Assembly: GCA_951406725.2 (NCBI GenBank)
Contig: OX597817.1
Span: forward strand, 107,012,001 to 107,076,000
From: Octopus vulgaris
Taxonomy: Eukaryota
Reading direction: 5' to 3'
Length of the DNA: 64,000 bases
In this document: positions 62,551-64,000 of the stretch, piece by piece
Numbering within the stretch: the first letter of the stretch is position 1
Layout: each line of letters opens with the position of its first letter
Translations under genes and position numbers: made by a program
The notes under the pieces: generated by a model
Seen by the model: only the letters and a program-made list of their open reading frames with translations
What the model was told of the DNA's origin: nothing
Databases searched by the model: none

Positions 62551-63792
62551 TGAGGGTTGACTGAAAACTTCATAGACTGACAAAGATACTCTCATGCTAT
62601 GTGACCAAATGAAGTTTGGTTTTCAACATAGTCCTCCCTATGGTTCACACACTTCTTCCATTGGTGTTGCAGTGCTTTGATCCAATTGATGAAGATGCTT
62701 TCATCGTGTTGGTAAAAAAAGCCATCATCATTGCTGTCATATTGGTTCCCAGCCAAGTGTTTTTTCAATGTGGAGAAAAGATGATAGGGCTAAATAAGGA
62801 GAATAAAGTGTGTGATCAACCAATTCAAAGCTACAGTCATACACAGCAGTCATTAAAACCAAGGATTTGTGTCCTGGAGCATTGTCCTGATGAAACAAGA
62901 CCCCTTTGATCAATTTTCTTGGGTGGTTGGTCTTGATAGCCTTTTGTAACTGCCTTGGCAAGTTGGCATAGTACTAACCGTTGATGGTGTGGCTCTTTTG
63001 AAGATAGTCAATAAACATAATGCCTTTTGCATCTCAAAAAATTGAGGCCATCACTTTCCCTGCAGATGAAATGATCTTGGCCTTCTTTGGAGCAGGTGAG
63101 GAGGAGTGTTTCAACTGCATGGGTTGTCTCTTTGTCTCTGGCTCAAATTGATGAAGCCAACACTCATCCTGGATTAGGAAACGTTCAAAGAAACCAGCAG
63201 GATTTGCCTGAAACAATGCTAGATTTTCCCATGATATGATCAGCCTGATGCACTTTTGATCAGGTGTCAGAAGACATGGCACCAACTGAACAAAAACCTT
63301 CACCATGCCAAGCTCATTGTGCAGAATATTCTCTACTCTCTTATATGATAGGTTAATAGCATTGACCATTTCATTTATAGTCAATTACCTGCCATCCATC
63401 ATCAAGTGGTGAATACAGTCAATGTTTTTCTCGGTAGCAGCAGCTGCAGGACATCCAGACCTTGGGTCATCTTCAAGGCATTCCCTTCTTCTAAATTCAG
63501 CTGTCCAGCCTTGCATTGTTGATAAAGCTGGTGTGTCATATCCAAATGTAGTAACCATGTCAGCATGAATGTCCTTGGGGGCTAAACCCTTTTCCTGCCA
63601 AATTTTATCCATTTTCAACATAAGTCACAACTAGTTACTTCTGAAGTCTTCTTTGAACAGTCAGCTCTCAGTTTATATGGAAAGAAACAATGCAGTTTTT
63701 AATAAGAAGTGTTGAAATTAATGTATGTAAGATTTCGCAGCTGTACCATCACTCCTTCATAGTCAGCCTATGAACTTTTCAACCAACCCTTG
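62551..63792 (-). mobile_element. full-length decayed mariner element (~1.24 kb)
   Basis: TIRs TGAGGGTTGACTGAAAACTTCATAGACTGA / TCAGCCTATGAACTTTTCAACCAACCCTTG, with TA on the left. Transposase fragments include EDDPRSGCP, LVPCLLT, QDECWLHQFEPETKRQ, AGKVMASIF, HQDNAPGH and YSPYLA. Confidence 0.92.
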
Positions 63793-64000
63793 CATCTTCT
63801 GTTTAATCCATGAATCCAAACCTGGACTGAAAAAACATGTTCTCAGACACAATCATCCCACAGGCAAATGCAATCATTCCTGTAGAGATGGTGAGTTTTG
63901 TTTGTTATATTTGCTTCAGATCTTGTAAATCATGACTTGGTCATGGAATCACATTTCAGATTATCAGGCATGTTTGAAAAACTGCCTTATTACCTTCGCC

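Overview
AT-rich, microsatellite-rich eukaryotic genomic DNA, almost certainly from an octopus (coleoid cephalopod), inferred from the abundant tRNA-derived SINE families and (ATG)n-tailed RTE-type 3' ends. It looks like intronic or intergenic sequence made mostly of nested mobile elements. These include many SINEs, decayed RTE LINEs, a young CR1-clade 3' end, two Penelope-like (RT + C-terminal GIY-YIG) fragments, an RT/RNaseH-less Gypsy element, a gag-only LTR remnant and a solo LTR. DNA transposons are a full-length decayed hAT, two mariners, a Chapaev-like transposase fragment, TTAA (piggyBac-type) MITEs and a Merlin-like MITE. No intact protein-coding gene is present; a few candidate minus-strand exons are (3272-3452, ~52790-53058). 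The most striking hidden signal is a dense, diverse set of about a dozen type-I hammerhead-ribozyme motifs, found by eye. Several have unusually long stem II inserts, palindromic (dimer-type) stem III, or a U3-A8 core covariation. They sit in short non-coding pseudo-LTR/retrozyme-like modules that are often in (TA)n tracts and often form long inverted repeats. Most short ORFs in the supplied track are spurious readings of microsatellites and SINEs. Coordinates were read by eye and may be off by a few bases.
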